From Candidatus Sulfomarinibacteraceae bacterium (GTDB taxonomy: Bacteria; Acidobacteriota; Thermoanaerobaculia; Thermoanaerobaculales; Sulfomarinibacteraceae), in assembly GCA_963796455.1 (NCBI GenBank), contig CAWCLO010000004.1, positions 480,001-544,000 of the forward strand: DNA of 64,000 nucleotides. The letters are read 5' to 3'. Position numbers and translations under genes: made by a program. Under the pieces are notes generated by a model. It searched no databases, was not told where the DNA came from, and worked only from the letters and a program-made list of their open reading frames with translations. Shown one piece after another: positions 30,779-39,959 of the stretch (positions are counted from its first letter, which is position 1; the number at the start of each line of letters is the position of its first letter).

Positions 30779-32485
30779 TCAGGATTCCGCATCGTCCGTA
30801 CGGCGTTCGTCGCAGGTCGGTACGATCGGCAGTTTCCTGAGAACCTGCATGAACGGGTCGATCTGGATGTCGTTCTCGCGAAGACCCGGGAGCGTGGCCA
30901 GGTTCCCGGTGAATTCAATGCGAACGATTTCGTCGTTCACGCGAACCGGTATCGGCATCGGAAACTCGAGATCGCCGATATTCTGCCACTCGAGGATGAG
31001 CCCCGCATCGGTTTCGCTGACTCCGAGAACGGGCAGCGGACCTCGTCGCGCGTAGACCTCGAAGAACCAGGCCAGATCCTGACCGGCCTCCTCGCTGGCG
31101 ATGTTCACGAAGTCGTCGGTTGAACGGAGGCGGGCCTGAATGGGTGGCTGCAGCTCCCCGGGATAAACCGTGTCATAGACGAGCCGTCTGGTTGCGCGCC
31201 AGAAGGCGTCCTCTCCAATGAGATATCGCAGCGAATGGAGCAGCCATGTGCCCTTGGTATAAATGTCGCCGGCCGGCCCGTTGCCTTCGGGGTCGTCAAA
31301 ATAGAGCTGGTCGGCGGAGAACTCCTCACGTGGTGCAATTGGGTTGCAGGCGTTGATCCCTAGATAGGACCGGTACATGCTTGAATAGAACGCGGCGTCC
31401 CCCATGACCTCACGGGCGTATTCGGGTTGCATGAAGGCGCCGAATCCCTCGTGCAGCCACATGTCCGAAACGGTCACGTGGGTCATGACGTTGCCGAACC
31501 ACTCGTGCGCCAATTCGTGATGAAATAACCAATCAAAACCGTAAGCGCCGCGTCGGAACTCGTTGCCGTAGGCGTTGATGGTCTGATGCTCCATTCCGAG
31601 ATGCGGGGTCTCGGCGACGCCGAGCTTCTCCTGCCCCCATGGATAGGGACCGACCTTGCGTTCGTAGAACTCGATGGTAGCCGCGAACTCCCGTTCGAAG
31701 AGATCGCGCGCCTGATCCTCGTGGTCCTCGATCGCCCAGAACTGCACCGGTATCTCGGTGCCGTTTGAAGATCGATAGACGTCCTCGATCAGAACGTAGG
31801 GGCCGACGTTGAGCGCCACACCATAGGTATTGGTGGACACGTCGGTCCGCCAGTGGAATGTGTGCCTTCCTTCGCCAGCCTCAGCCACATCGATCAACAC
31901 GCCATTCGAAGCCGCCGTCAAGCCTTTCGGTACTGTGAAGAACAGATCCATGCCTTTCGGTTCACCGCTTGGGTGGTCTTTGCACGGCCACCAGATATCA
32001 CAGCCTTCGCCCTGCATGGCGGTTGCGATCCACGGTTTGCCCGATGGGGTCTCGCTCCAGACAAAGCCTCCATCCCAGGGCGCGCGCGCGGCCTCGATCG
32101 GTTGCCCGTGGTAGTGGACCGTTACCTCGTGGCTCGTCCCTGCCGCCACCGGGGAGCGCAGGGTCACAAAGAGCTTGGCCTCGTCGCGGCTGAATTCGAG
32201 CGGGCCGCCGGCGTCCTCGATGAGGTCGATCGTGTAGAGGCCGTCAAAATCGAGCTCGAGGACAGACATTTCGATCACGGCCATGAATCGGACTGCGGCC
32301 GATCCGGCAATTGCCTTCTGCTCGATCAGGATGTTGTTTCGAAGCGTGTAGTGCTCGACATCATAAGCCTTGAGACCATCGGACATCGGCCGGCTCGAAT
32401 CCAGCGTGATCTCGCTGCGGGTGACGTCAGGCGGACCACAAGCAGCGACAGCCAGCAAAATGATCAGGAACAGGATGCGAATCAT
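30779..32485 (-). CDS. M1 family metallo-aminopeptidase (lipoprotein)
   Basis: Lipobox VAAC; WWPCKDHP, GMEHQT, HELAHEWFGN...WLHEGF, IYTKG. Confidence 0.93.
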   Translation of the reverse strand: MIRILFLIILLAVAACGPPDVTRSEITLDSSRPMSDGLKAYDVEHYTLRNNILIEQKAIAGSAAVRFMAVIEMSVLELDFDGLYTIDLIEDAGGPLEFSRDEAKLFVTLRSPVAAGTSHEVTVHYHGQPIEAARAPWDGGFVWSETPSGKPWIATAMQGEGCDIWWPCKDHPSGEPKGMDLFFTVPKGLTAASNGVLIDVAEAGEGRHTFHWRTDVSTNTYGVALNVGPYVLIEDVYRSSNGTEIPVQFWAIEDHEDQARDLFEREFAATIEFYERKVGPYPWGQEKLGVAETPHLGMEHQTINAYGNEFRRGAYGFDWLFHHELAHEWFGNVMTHVTVSDMWLHEGFGAFMQPEYAREVMGDAAFYSSMYRSYLGINACNPIAPREEFSADQLYFDDPEGNGPAGDIYTKGTWLLHSLRYLIGEDAFWRATRRLVYDTVYPGELQPPIQARLRSTDDFVNIASEEAGQDLAWFFEVYARRGPLPVLGVSETDAGLILEWQNIGDLEFPMPIPVRVNDEIVRIEFTGNLATLPGLRENDIQIDPFMQVLRKLPIVPTCDERRTDDAES

Positions 32486-32629
32486 GGCGATCTCCCTTTC
32501 GCGTATTGTAGCCGCGCTCTTAACAGACCAAAGGGTCGCCCATTCGCACTCTGACTGAAGTGATCCGACGAAAAGATCTCAGAAACCGCCTGAATGAACC
32601 CGCGTACAATTATCAGGGGGTACACAGCG

Positions 32630-33691
32630 ATGGTCCATGGCAATCGGAGTCGCAGAAGCTTCATCAGAGATCTCGTGGCACTGAGCGTGGCCGGCCCGTC
32701 GGCCCTCAAGGCTTTTGCCGAGACGGGGACCGTCGAAAAGACGCTCCTTCCGATCAGAAAACGAGTACCGAATCCCTTCGTGGAGAATGGGAAGCCGATT
32801 GTCGTGGTGGTTCATGGGGACGACTTTCCGACGATGCTGGCCAAAGGCATGGACGTCCTGGGAGGCTTTGTCCGTTTTGGAACCGGTAAGTCGGTCATCA
32901 TCAAGCCCAATTTCGTGTTCGACAAAAAGACCCGTTATCCGACCACGACCCACGAGGATTCGGTTCTGACCACCGTCCAGTTTCTGCAGAAGGAGGGCTT
33001 CGGCGATATCTGTGTTGCCGATCGCCGTGGCAAGAGAATGGACAGCGGCCGAGCCGGCGGAAAATTCGAGTGGAGCGGACTGAATGATCTGGCTGAAGAG
33101 GGTGGTTTCACCACCGATTCGCTCATGGACGACGCCGAGGCGCCGACCGTCCACGTCGGTGATTCCAATTGGACGACCCTGCCGTCAGTGGGTGTCATCC
33201 AGAAGATCTACGAGGCGGGCCTGATCATCAATATGCCGACCCTCAAGCGGCATTCCCAGACCAATCTCACCTGTTCATTGAAGAACAACATGGGCGTGCT
33301 CGATGTGCCGACAACGGAATACATGCATCTGTGGGGAGATGCCAACAAGGCGGAGCACGATGCCATGCCCAAAGATGAGGTGAACCGGAGGCTCTGCATG
33401 GCCGTGGCCGAGGCCGCGATGGCGGTCAGCCCGGAGATGACTGTGATCGACGCGAGAACGGTGCTCTGCAAAAACCACGGCAGCGTTTCCTCGGGTGAAC
33501 CCCGCGTGGCCAATCGACTGATCATCAGTGGCGACCCGGTCGCGGCGGACGTTTATGGGGCCAGCGTGCTGAAGGAAGTCTACGAGGCCTATGATCTCGG
33601 ACCCACCAGCAGCACTTTCCAACACGCATCAGCGCTTGGAATCGGGGTTGCGGATCTGAACAACGTGGTGGTCAAGGAGATCAGGGCCTAG
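32630..33691 (+). CDS. DUF362 domain protein with twin-arginine signal
   Basis: SRRSFI Tat motif; VIIKPN, IINMPTLKRH, TCSLKNNMG, DPVAAD motifs. Confidence 0.85.
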   Translation: MVHGNRSRRSFIRDLVALSVAGPSALKAFAETGTVEKTLLPIRKRVPNPFVENGKPIVVVVHGDDFPTMLAKGMDVLGGFVRFGTGKSVIIKPNFVFDKKTRYPTTTHEDSVLTTVQFLQKEGFGDICVADRRGKRMDSGRAGGKFEWSGLNDLAEEGGFTTDSLMDDAEAPTVHVGDSNWTTLPSVGVIQKIYEAGLIINMPTLKRHSQTNLTCSLKNNMGVLDVPTTEYMHLWGDANKAEHDAMPKDEVNRRLCMAVAEAAMAVSPEMTVIDARTVLCKNHGSVSSGEPRVANRLIISGDPVAADVYGASVLKEVYEAYDLGPTSSTFQHASALGIGVADLNNVVVKEIRA

Positions 33692-35009
33692 CGGGCCAGC
33701 TGATCTTCCCATCGTATCGTTCTTCTATAAGGTCGATGAATCCATCGGGGATGTAGCGCAGAATGACGTTGGTCCCTGGGGCCGGCGGTCCGGGCAATCG
33801 GGGAATGGGGTGAGGATCGGTGCAGTAGCCCCACCCCGGGGTGTCCGGCGGATCCACCAGTCGAGTCCCTCGAGGCAGAGAGGGAACTCTCATCTTCGGC
33901 ATCCGGTATACGGTAATTTCGCTGAGGTCGAAACCATGTTCGAGGAGGGCCTGAACCTGCGTACGCCTGACCATTTTCTGATCAGTCGAATCTGGTGGTC
34001 GATCCTGATCGCTGGACGAGTTGGCGTCGTATCCATCCACCCCTGAACCACCAAAGAGGTATGGCAAGTTCGATTTGTCCATCCACTTGGATCTCGCCGC
34101 CACGAGGACCCGTTCGGAGTCGCGGCCGACCGCAACGGTCTCACTGTTGAACTTTGCGAGGAATTGACCGTCGGATCCGGAGATCACGAAATCGTGATAA
34201 TTGTCCCAAGCAGTAAGGAAGAGAAAATCTCCGACACCATCACCGTTGACATCTTCCGAAAACGTCGTGACGGGTTCAGCCAGGTAGGGAATCGACCACA
34301 GGCACTCGATCTCATTCCGCCATCCATGATCGACCCGGACGCGGGCAATCAGGCCGTCCAAATCACCGTCGTCGGAGCGCTGTGAATAGACAACCAGCCA
34401 ATCGGTCTCCGAATCTTCGATCGGCATGTAGCCGATTCCCACTATTTCCAACGACCCATAGGATTCAGACCAGTAACGGGCTCGACGGTTCGAAAAAAGT
34501 GCGCGTCCGATCTCTGCAGGAGATGCAGTCGTCTGTCGTGGTTTCCTTTGTTCGAATTGGTATGCCACCACATTGACGGCCTGGCGGTCCATTTTTTCTT
34601 TCCGGCCGACAACCCAACCTCCGATCTCGGCTTGCACCACCGCCAATCCGGCAGAATCCAAGAACGTCCGCACGGCCTCGGTCAGGGTTCGACCCCGCCA
34701 CTGGTCCTCGAAATCGAGCGATGCACGATTCTGAGCGTCGAGGAAATAGACAAAATTATTGGGCGGGGAAGAGAGGCTTTCAGCCGGGCCGAAAACATAC
34801 ATGGCCCTCTCCGGGAGGGTCGTCCGGTACGAAGGGCTCTCGGACAACTGGACGAGATAACCCTCTCGGTCTTCGATGATCTCTGCGGATAACGAGCTCT
34901 GAGCAAGTTGTTCGCAACCAGATTCCGCGTGGGTTCCGAGTGCGACCAGAACCATCAGCGCCGCAACCGCTGAGATCTCGTGGGCCTTCACCAGGTCACC
35001 TCCAACCAA
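33681..35009 (-). CDS. Hypothetical exported protein (start uncertain)
   Basis: 442-aa ORF with signal-like N-terminus and one DVNGDGVGDF Ca-binding-like motif; no family recognised. Confidence 0.55.
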   Translation of the reverse strand: MVGGDLVKAHEISAVAALMVLVALGTHAESGCEQLAQSSLSAEIIEDREGYLVQLSESPSYRTTLPERAMYVFGPAESLSSPPNNFVYFLDAQNRASLDFEDQWRGRTLTEAVRTFLDSAGLAVVQAEIGGWVVGRKEKMDRQAVNVVAYQFEQRKPRQTTASPAEIGRALFSNRRARYWSESYGSLEIVGIGYMPIEDSETDWLVVYSQRSDDGDLDGLIARVRVDHGWRNEIECLWSIPYLAEPVTTFSEDVNGDGVGDFLFLTAWDNYHDFVISGSDGQFLAKFNSETVAVGRDSERVLVAARSKWMDKSNLPYLFGGSGVDGYDANSSSDQDRPPDSTDQKMVRRTQVQALLEHGFDLSEITVYRMPKMRVPSLPRGTRLVDPPDTPGWGYCTDPHPIPRLPGPPAPGTNVILRYIPDGFIDLIEERYDGKISWPARP

Positions 35010-35209
35010 TTTCTTGACCGTCTCATTTTCATGGTAGGACAGGGATATGTCGCCAATGTGGCGGCGATGCGGTTGGTGTTGGGCATGCCTGGGCGGAAGA
35101 CACCTCCAGTCCGAGACGAGAAGCGGGGAAGGGGAGGTTTTGCCTCCCCTAGATTGTGCCCCGTGGAGTCGTTCAGCCCGACCTCTGGATGGATCGATCT
35201 TCGAAACTC

Positions 35210-35530
35210 TTGTCCAAGATGGAGTCTCGGATGGCGTTCAGGGACAGCGACAGAGAACAGTAGACAGCGTCAGCGAACAGAGATCAGCGGCAGGGACAAT
35301 GACTGCGATCAGGCGTCAGCGACAGCGAACAGCACTCAAATCTTCGGGTTCAACAGCCGGCATGTCATGGCCCGGACCTGATCGAAGGCGTTCATTGTGT
35401 CACGGTACCTGATCGCTGCCCCTGATCGCTGTCCCTGTTCGCTGTTGCCTGTCGCTGTCGCTGGACACTGTCGCTGCCGCTGCAATTCGGACGCGGACGC
35501 GGACGCGGACGCGGACACGGGCACAGGCAA
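35210..35530. repeat. Dispersed repeat copy B: left arm + small-gene 3' remnant + right arm
   Basis: Left arm TTGTCCAAGA..(CAGCG-rich); remnant YRDTMNAFDQVRAMTCRLLNPKI* on minus strand (35336-35408); right arm (CGCTG-rich) GCTGGACACTGTCGCTGCCGCTGCAATTCGG followed by CGGACG x4. Confidence 0.85.
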
Positions 35531-35623
35531 CCGCGAACTGGACATGCCAAAAACCAACCCGCAGACCCTATGTTGTCAGGCGGGCAACATCCCGACGATC
35601 TGTTTTTGACTGCTGTGGACCTT

Positions 35624-37759
35624 CTATTGAAAGCCCCGCCGTGCGAGGAGTGGTTCGACGCTCGGTTCCTGGCCGCGGAATCGGAGGTAGAGCGCCATCG
35701 GATGCTCGCTGCCGCCCGGCTCCAGGATGTTCTCGCGATAGGATTGCGCCAGCTCCGGGTTGAAGATGCCCTGCTCCTTAAAGTACTCAAAGGCATCGGC
35801 GTCGAGCACCTCGGCCCAAAGATAGCTGTAGTAGCCGGAAGCGTAGCCGCCGCCCCAGACGTGACCGAAATAGGGTGTGCGATAACGCGTGATGATGGAG
35901 TCGATCATCCCGATCTCGTCCATGACCTCGGCTTCGAAGGCCAAGGCGTCCTTCTGCTCGGTCTCGGTCAGGGTGTGCCACTTCATGTCGAGCAATGACG
36001 CGGCCACGTATTCACCCGTGATGAAGCCCTGGTTGAATTTGCTGGTGGCGTCGAGTTTGTCGATGAGCTCCTGAGGGATGGGTTCGCCGGTTTCGTAGTG
36101 GGTCGCATAGGTGGGCAGCACGTCGGGGTGCATGGCCCAGTTCTCCATCATCTGCGAGGGAAGCTCGACGAAGTCCCAATAGACATTGGTCCCCGAGAGG
36201 CTCTCGTAGGTCCCATCGGCAAGGATGCCGTGCAGGGCGTGGCCGAACTCGTGGAAGAGGGTCTTGACCTCGTCGAGGGTCAGAAGCGCGGGATCGTCAC
36301 CGACCGGTTTGGAGAAATTGGCGTGATTGGCCACCAATGGACGGATGTCCTCACCGCCGACCTTGTATTGCTCGCGGTAGGTGTTCATCCAGGCGCCGCC
36401 GCGCTTGCTGGCCCGAGCAAAATAGTCGGTGTAGAGCAGGGCCAGGTGACTGCCGTCAGCGTCCTTGACCTCGTAGACCTTGACGTCCTCCTGGTAAACC
36501 GGAATATCGGTCCGCTCCTCGAAGGTGATGCCGAAGAGACGGGTCGCCACATCCAGGGTGCCGGCGAGCACGTTGTTCAGCTCGAAATAGGGTTTGACGG
36601 TGGCCACGTCGAAATCGTACTTTTCAGCCCGAATCATTTCGGAGTAGTAGAACCAGTCCCAGGGCTCGAGTTTGAAGCCGCCTCCCTGAGCATCGATCAT
36701 CGCCTGCAGGTCCGATGCTTCTTGTTTGGCGGTTGCCAGCGCCGGTGCCCAGACGCGTTCGAGCAAATCGAACACCCGATCGGGGGTCTCGGCCATGCGT
36801 TCTTCGAGCACGTATTCGGCGTGAGTTTTGTAGCCCAGAAGTTGGGCGCGCTCCACTCGAAGGGCGGCGATCCTGGCGGCCACTTCCCGGTTGTCGTACT
36901 CGTTGCCGTTGCTGCCCAGATTCATATATGCACGGTAGAGTTTTTCGCGCAGATCGCGGCGTTCGGAGTAGGTGAGGAAGGGCGTCCAACTGGTGCGCTG
37001 CAGGTTGAAGGCCCATTTGCCGTCGAGACCGGCAGCAGTTGCGACGCCGGCGGCTGCTGCCACCACGTCGTCGGGCAGACCCTCCAGATCAGCCGCGTCT
37101 TCGATCAAAAGGGCGGGCGCGTTCATCTCGGCCAGGAGATTGTCGCTGAAACTCACGCCCAGCGTCGAAAGCTCCTCGTTGATGGCCCGCATCCGTTCTC
37201 TGGCCTCGCCCTCCAGCCGTGCTCCGTTGCGGACAAAACTGTTGTAGGTGTCCTTGAGAAGCATTGCCTGCTCGCTATCGAGATCGAGTTCGCTCTTCTG
37301 GTCCCAGACCGCCGCCACCCGCTGGAACAGCTCCTGGTTGAGGGAGATATCGGTGTAGTGGGCGCTCAGGATCGGCGCCATCTCCTTGACCACGGCCTGG
37401 GTCTCGTCATTGGTGTGGGCGCCGTTCTGGTTGCTGACGAAGACGCTCACACGCCCGAGCATCTCACCGGATCTTTCGAGGGGCTCGATGGTGTTTTCGA
37501 AGGTCGGCGCCTCCGGATTGTTCACGATGGCCGAAATCTCGGCTTTGTGATCGGTCATGCCCAGTTCGTAAGCAGGTACGTAATGGACCGGGACGATCTC
37601 ATCAAAAGGTGGTGCGCCGAATGGATCCGTCCACTCGACAAAAAAGGGATTTTCCCCAGCTGTCATCGTATTCTCCTCGGTTGAGTGCTCACCGGCGCAG
37701 CCACCGGCCACAACGGCCAATCCAACTGTCAATGTCAGAAGCAGATACCTTGTTTTCAT
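35624..37759 (-). CDS. dcp: M3 family metallopeptidase, peptidyl-dipeptidase Dcp-like (lipoprotein)
   Basis: Lipobox-like AGGC; KRGGAWM, TLFHEFGHALH, DFVELPSQMMENW, GYYSYLWAEVLDADAF. Confidence 0.92.
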   Translation of the reverse strand: MKTRYLLLTLTVGLAVVAGGCAGEHSTEENTMTAGENPFFVEWTDPFGAPPFDEIVPVHYVPAYELGMTDHKAEISAIVNNPEAPTFENTIEPLERSGEMLGRVSVFVSNQNGAHTNDETQAVVKEMAPILSAHYTDISLNQELFQRVAAVWDQKSELDLDSEQAMLLKDTYNSFVRNGARLEGEARERMRAINEELSTLGVSFSDNLLAEMNAPALLIEDAADLEGLPDDVVAAAAGVATAAGLDGKWAFNLQRTSWTPFLTYSERRDLREKLYRAYMNLGSNGNEYDNREVAARIAALRVERAQLLGYKTHAEYVLEERMAETPDRVFDLLERVWAPALATAKQEASDLQAMIDAQGGGFKLEPWDWFYYSEMIRAEKYDFDVATVKPYFELNNVLAGTLDVATRLFGITFEERTDIPVYQEDVKVYEVKDADGSHLALLYTDYFARASKRGGAWMNTYREQYKVGGEDIRPLVANHANFSKPVGDDPALLTLDEVKTLFHEFGHALHGILADGTYESLSGTNVYWDFVELPSQMMENWAMHPDVLPTYATHYETGEPIPQELIDKLDATSKFNQGFITGEYVAASLLDMKWHTLTETEQKDALAFEAEVMDEIGMIDSIITRYRTPYFGHVWGGGYASGYYSYLWAEVLDADAFEYFKEQGIFNPELAQSYRENILEPGGSEHPMALYLRFRGQEPSVEPLLARRGFQ

Positions 37760-37904
37760 GATGATTCTCAGAACCTCCACGGGATTGGGGACTGGTTGCT
37801 CCGTCCGCCGGGGACAGGCTAACACGGTGTCCGGAGGCTTTTTCGAGAGATGTGTCACTTCGCCTCGAAAAATTTTCGCGTACCGAGGCGGTGCCGCGGA
37901 CTGA

Positions 37905-38201
37905 TCACATTGAGTCTCGGTGCTGACCTCGGAGATACCACTTGATGGCAACGAAGGGGAACAAAAAGAACAGCACGTTCAGGCCCTTCATGATCGTCAT
38001 CACATAGAGGAAAAAGAGATCGAATTCCTTCCTGGTGATTTCGAGCATCTGGGCATGAATGGTGTAGATGAGGTCGCCCAGCACGAGCGACACAGCCCAG
38101 GTGAAGAGCATGGCTCCGACCGTGATGAAAAAGCACCTCAAGAGAATGTCGGCGATGGCGTGGAGTGTCGCGACGGTGCTCTCGGCCATTTCCCTGCTCA
38201 T
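37905..38201 (-). CDS. Small two-TM membrane protein (DUF6868-like)
   Basis: ILLRCFFITVGAMLFTW...IYTIHAQMLEITRKEFD...MKGLNVLFFLFPFVAI; RBS GGAGG. Confidence 0.65.
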   Translation of the reverse strand: MSREMAESTVATLHAIADILLRCFFITVGAMLFTWAVSLVLGDLIYTIHAQMLEITRKEFDLFFLYVMTIMKGLNVLFFLFPFVAIKWYLRGQHRDSM

Positions 38202-38247
38202 TGGTTGGCCTCCGCGAGGTAGTTTGCAGCTTCGATCGTTTCCCGAC

Positions 38248-39726
38248 TCAGTCCGCACGCCGAACGTGAACCATCGCAGGATCTGACTGTTCGCCACTCG
38301 CCGAAACCGCAAACACCGCAATCCTGAAATCGGTGTCGCCCCCGAAAAGACTCTGGACCTCGGTCGGGATCTCTTTTGTCGTGAAGACTCCCCGAGAGTT
38401 TGCGGTGACCACGGTCTCCACCAGGCGGCCCTCTCCGAGCAGCACGATCGATCGGGTGACGGCATAGTCGATGACGATGCGTACCTTCTGTCGCGGTGAA
38501 GCGGTTCCCGTCACTTTGATCGTTCTCCCGACCTTGCTGCCTTCCTCTGGGCTGGTGATCACGGGCGCCTTCGGTTTGTCTTGATCGACATCTTCCCAGC
38601 CGTCGTCCGCAGCCGCCGCTCCGGCCGCCGTAAACACCAGCGGCGCGTCGGCCAGGACGGTCTGGCTCGGTCTGTTCGGAAGATCGAGGCGCGCCACGAT
38701 CGGCGTGTCATCAAGGTCGATGCCGCGCGGAATGGTGTAGACCAGGACATAGGTGCCTGGATCGCCGATGAGCTCTTCCGCCCGAAGATTGCTCTCCACA
38801 TTCACGATGTCGATGGTCAACCTTCCTCCGGGAGTTCCTGTAGCGGTGATCCGCACGCGATCCCCTGGAAGGAGCTGTCTGCCTCCGTCGTGGGTGACCT
38901 GGAGCTGCGGTTTCTCCGTCGTGGTGGCCGATAGGCGCTTGACGTACCAGACCTGACGAGTCTTGGGGTCGAGACGCAACTCAATCCGGTCATTGGGCCG
39001 AAGGCCGGCAAACGCGAATTCGGTGCCGTCGGACTCTTCGTAGCGGGTGTGACGGTTGACCATCAGCTGATCTGACATGCCCTCGAGCCTCAGGCGGTCT
39101 TTTGTGACGAGGTTGAGGACCCCTTCTCCGAGAAGACGGGTTGCTTCGATCGATGTCGCGCGTCGACCGTTTCCGAAACGAACCTTGACGCGATCGCCGT
39201 AGGCGAGCTCCGTCCACTGGATCCTTCGTCTCCGGCGGTCGTTTTCGGTGAGATAAATGCTCGTGTTGTTGAGCAGGATCACCGGTTCGAGACCGGAGTC
39301 AGTCAGGGCGACGATCTGAGCGGACGGCGACTCGACCCTTTCGATCAGAGGGCCTTCGAATGAAGATCCGCGGTCGGTCTGATGGTCGTACACGATGTTC
39401 AGCCCACCCTCCAGATCGGGGAGTGAAGCGTTGATTTGGGTCGGTGTCCGGGTCACTGATGGGCCACGGGTCGTAATGTTGAGCCTGCGTTCAGCCACAT
39501 CGAGCTGAGCCGAGACCGCGGTGGTGGACGAGAACGTGCCTGAGGGAAAGGTCAGGGTCAGGTAGGGGCCGAGCTCCAGTTCGATCTCTCTTCTTTGGTC
39601 GGCCACTCGTGCTGCCGAGAAAACCTCAGTTCCTGAGTTCGTACTGATCTTTTCTTGAGAGTGAGCCGGGACGCCACCCGAAATGGCCATTGTCAAAACA
39701 CACAGAGAGAGGAGCGAACGCTTCAT
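38248..39726 (-). CDS. Hypothetical exported multidomain protein (DUF5666-like OB repeats plus Ig-like C-terminus)
   Basis: Signal peptide; ELAYGDRVKVRF / GLRPNDRIELRL repeats; APVITSPEEGSKV..IKVTGTA. Confidence 0.6.
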   Translation of the reverse strand: MKRSLLSLCVLTMAISGGVPAHSQEKISTNSGTEVFSAARVADQRREIELELGPYLTLTFPSGTFSSTTAVSAQLDVAERRLNITTRGPSVTRTPTQINASLPDLEGGLNIVYDHQTDRGSSFEGPLIERVESPSAQIVALTDSGLEPVILLNNTSIYLTENDRRRRRIQWTELAYGDRVKVRFGNGRRATSIEATRLLGEGVLNLVTKDRLRLEGMSDQLMVNRHTRYEESDGTEFAFAGLRPNDRIELRLDPKTRQVWYVKRLSATTTEKPQLQVTHDGGRQLLPGDRVRITATGTPGGRLTIDIVNVESNLRAEELIGDPGTYVLVYTIPRGIDLDDTPIVARLDLPNRPSQTVLADAPLVFTAAGAAAADDGWEDVDQDKPKAPVITSPEEGSKVGRTIKVTGTASPRQKVRIVIDYAVTRSIVLLGEGRLVETVVTANSRGVFTTKEIPTEVQSLFGGDTDFRIAVFAVSASGEQSDPAMVHVRRAD

Positions 39727-39959
39727 AATCCATCGATTCCTTCCCGGCTCGGCGCCGATGTCACGAACAGGTTCTTGGTTGAGACTACCGTAGATCCAGG
39801 CCCATATCGCTGCCTGTTACGGATTTTCAATATCCCCATGCATTCAGAGACCGAATTGACCGGCCGAAGGTCACATTGATCGAGTCATCCCAGCCGCGAA
39901 ACGAATCATCTGGATTTATGCGATCGCCCCCGGCTCGTATGAACTCCGGTGACCGGGGT

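Noticed and set aside
35210..35530. Repeat region as a CRISPR array
   Set aside because: There is no constant repeat with unique equal-length spacers and no cas genes; units are degenerate 5-6-mers.
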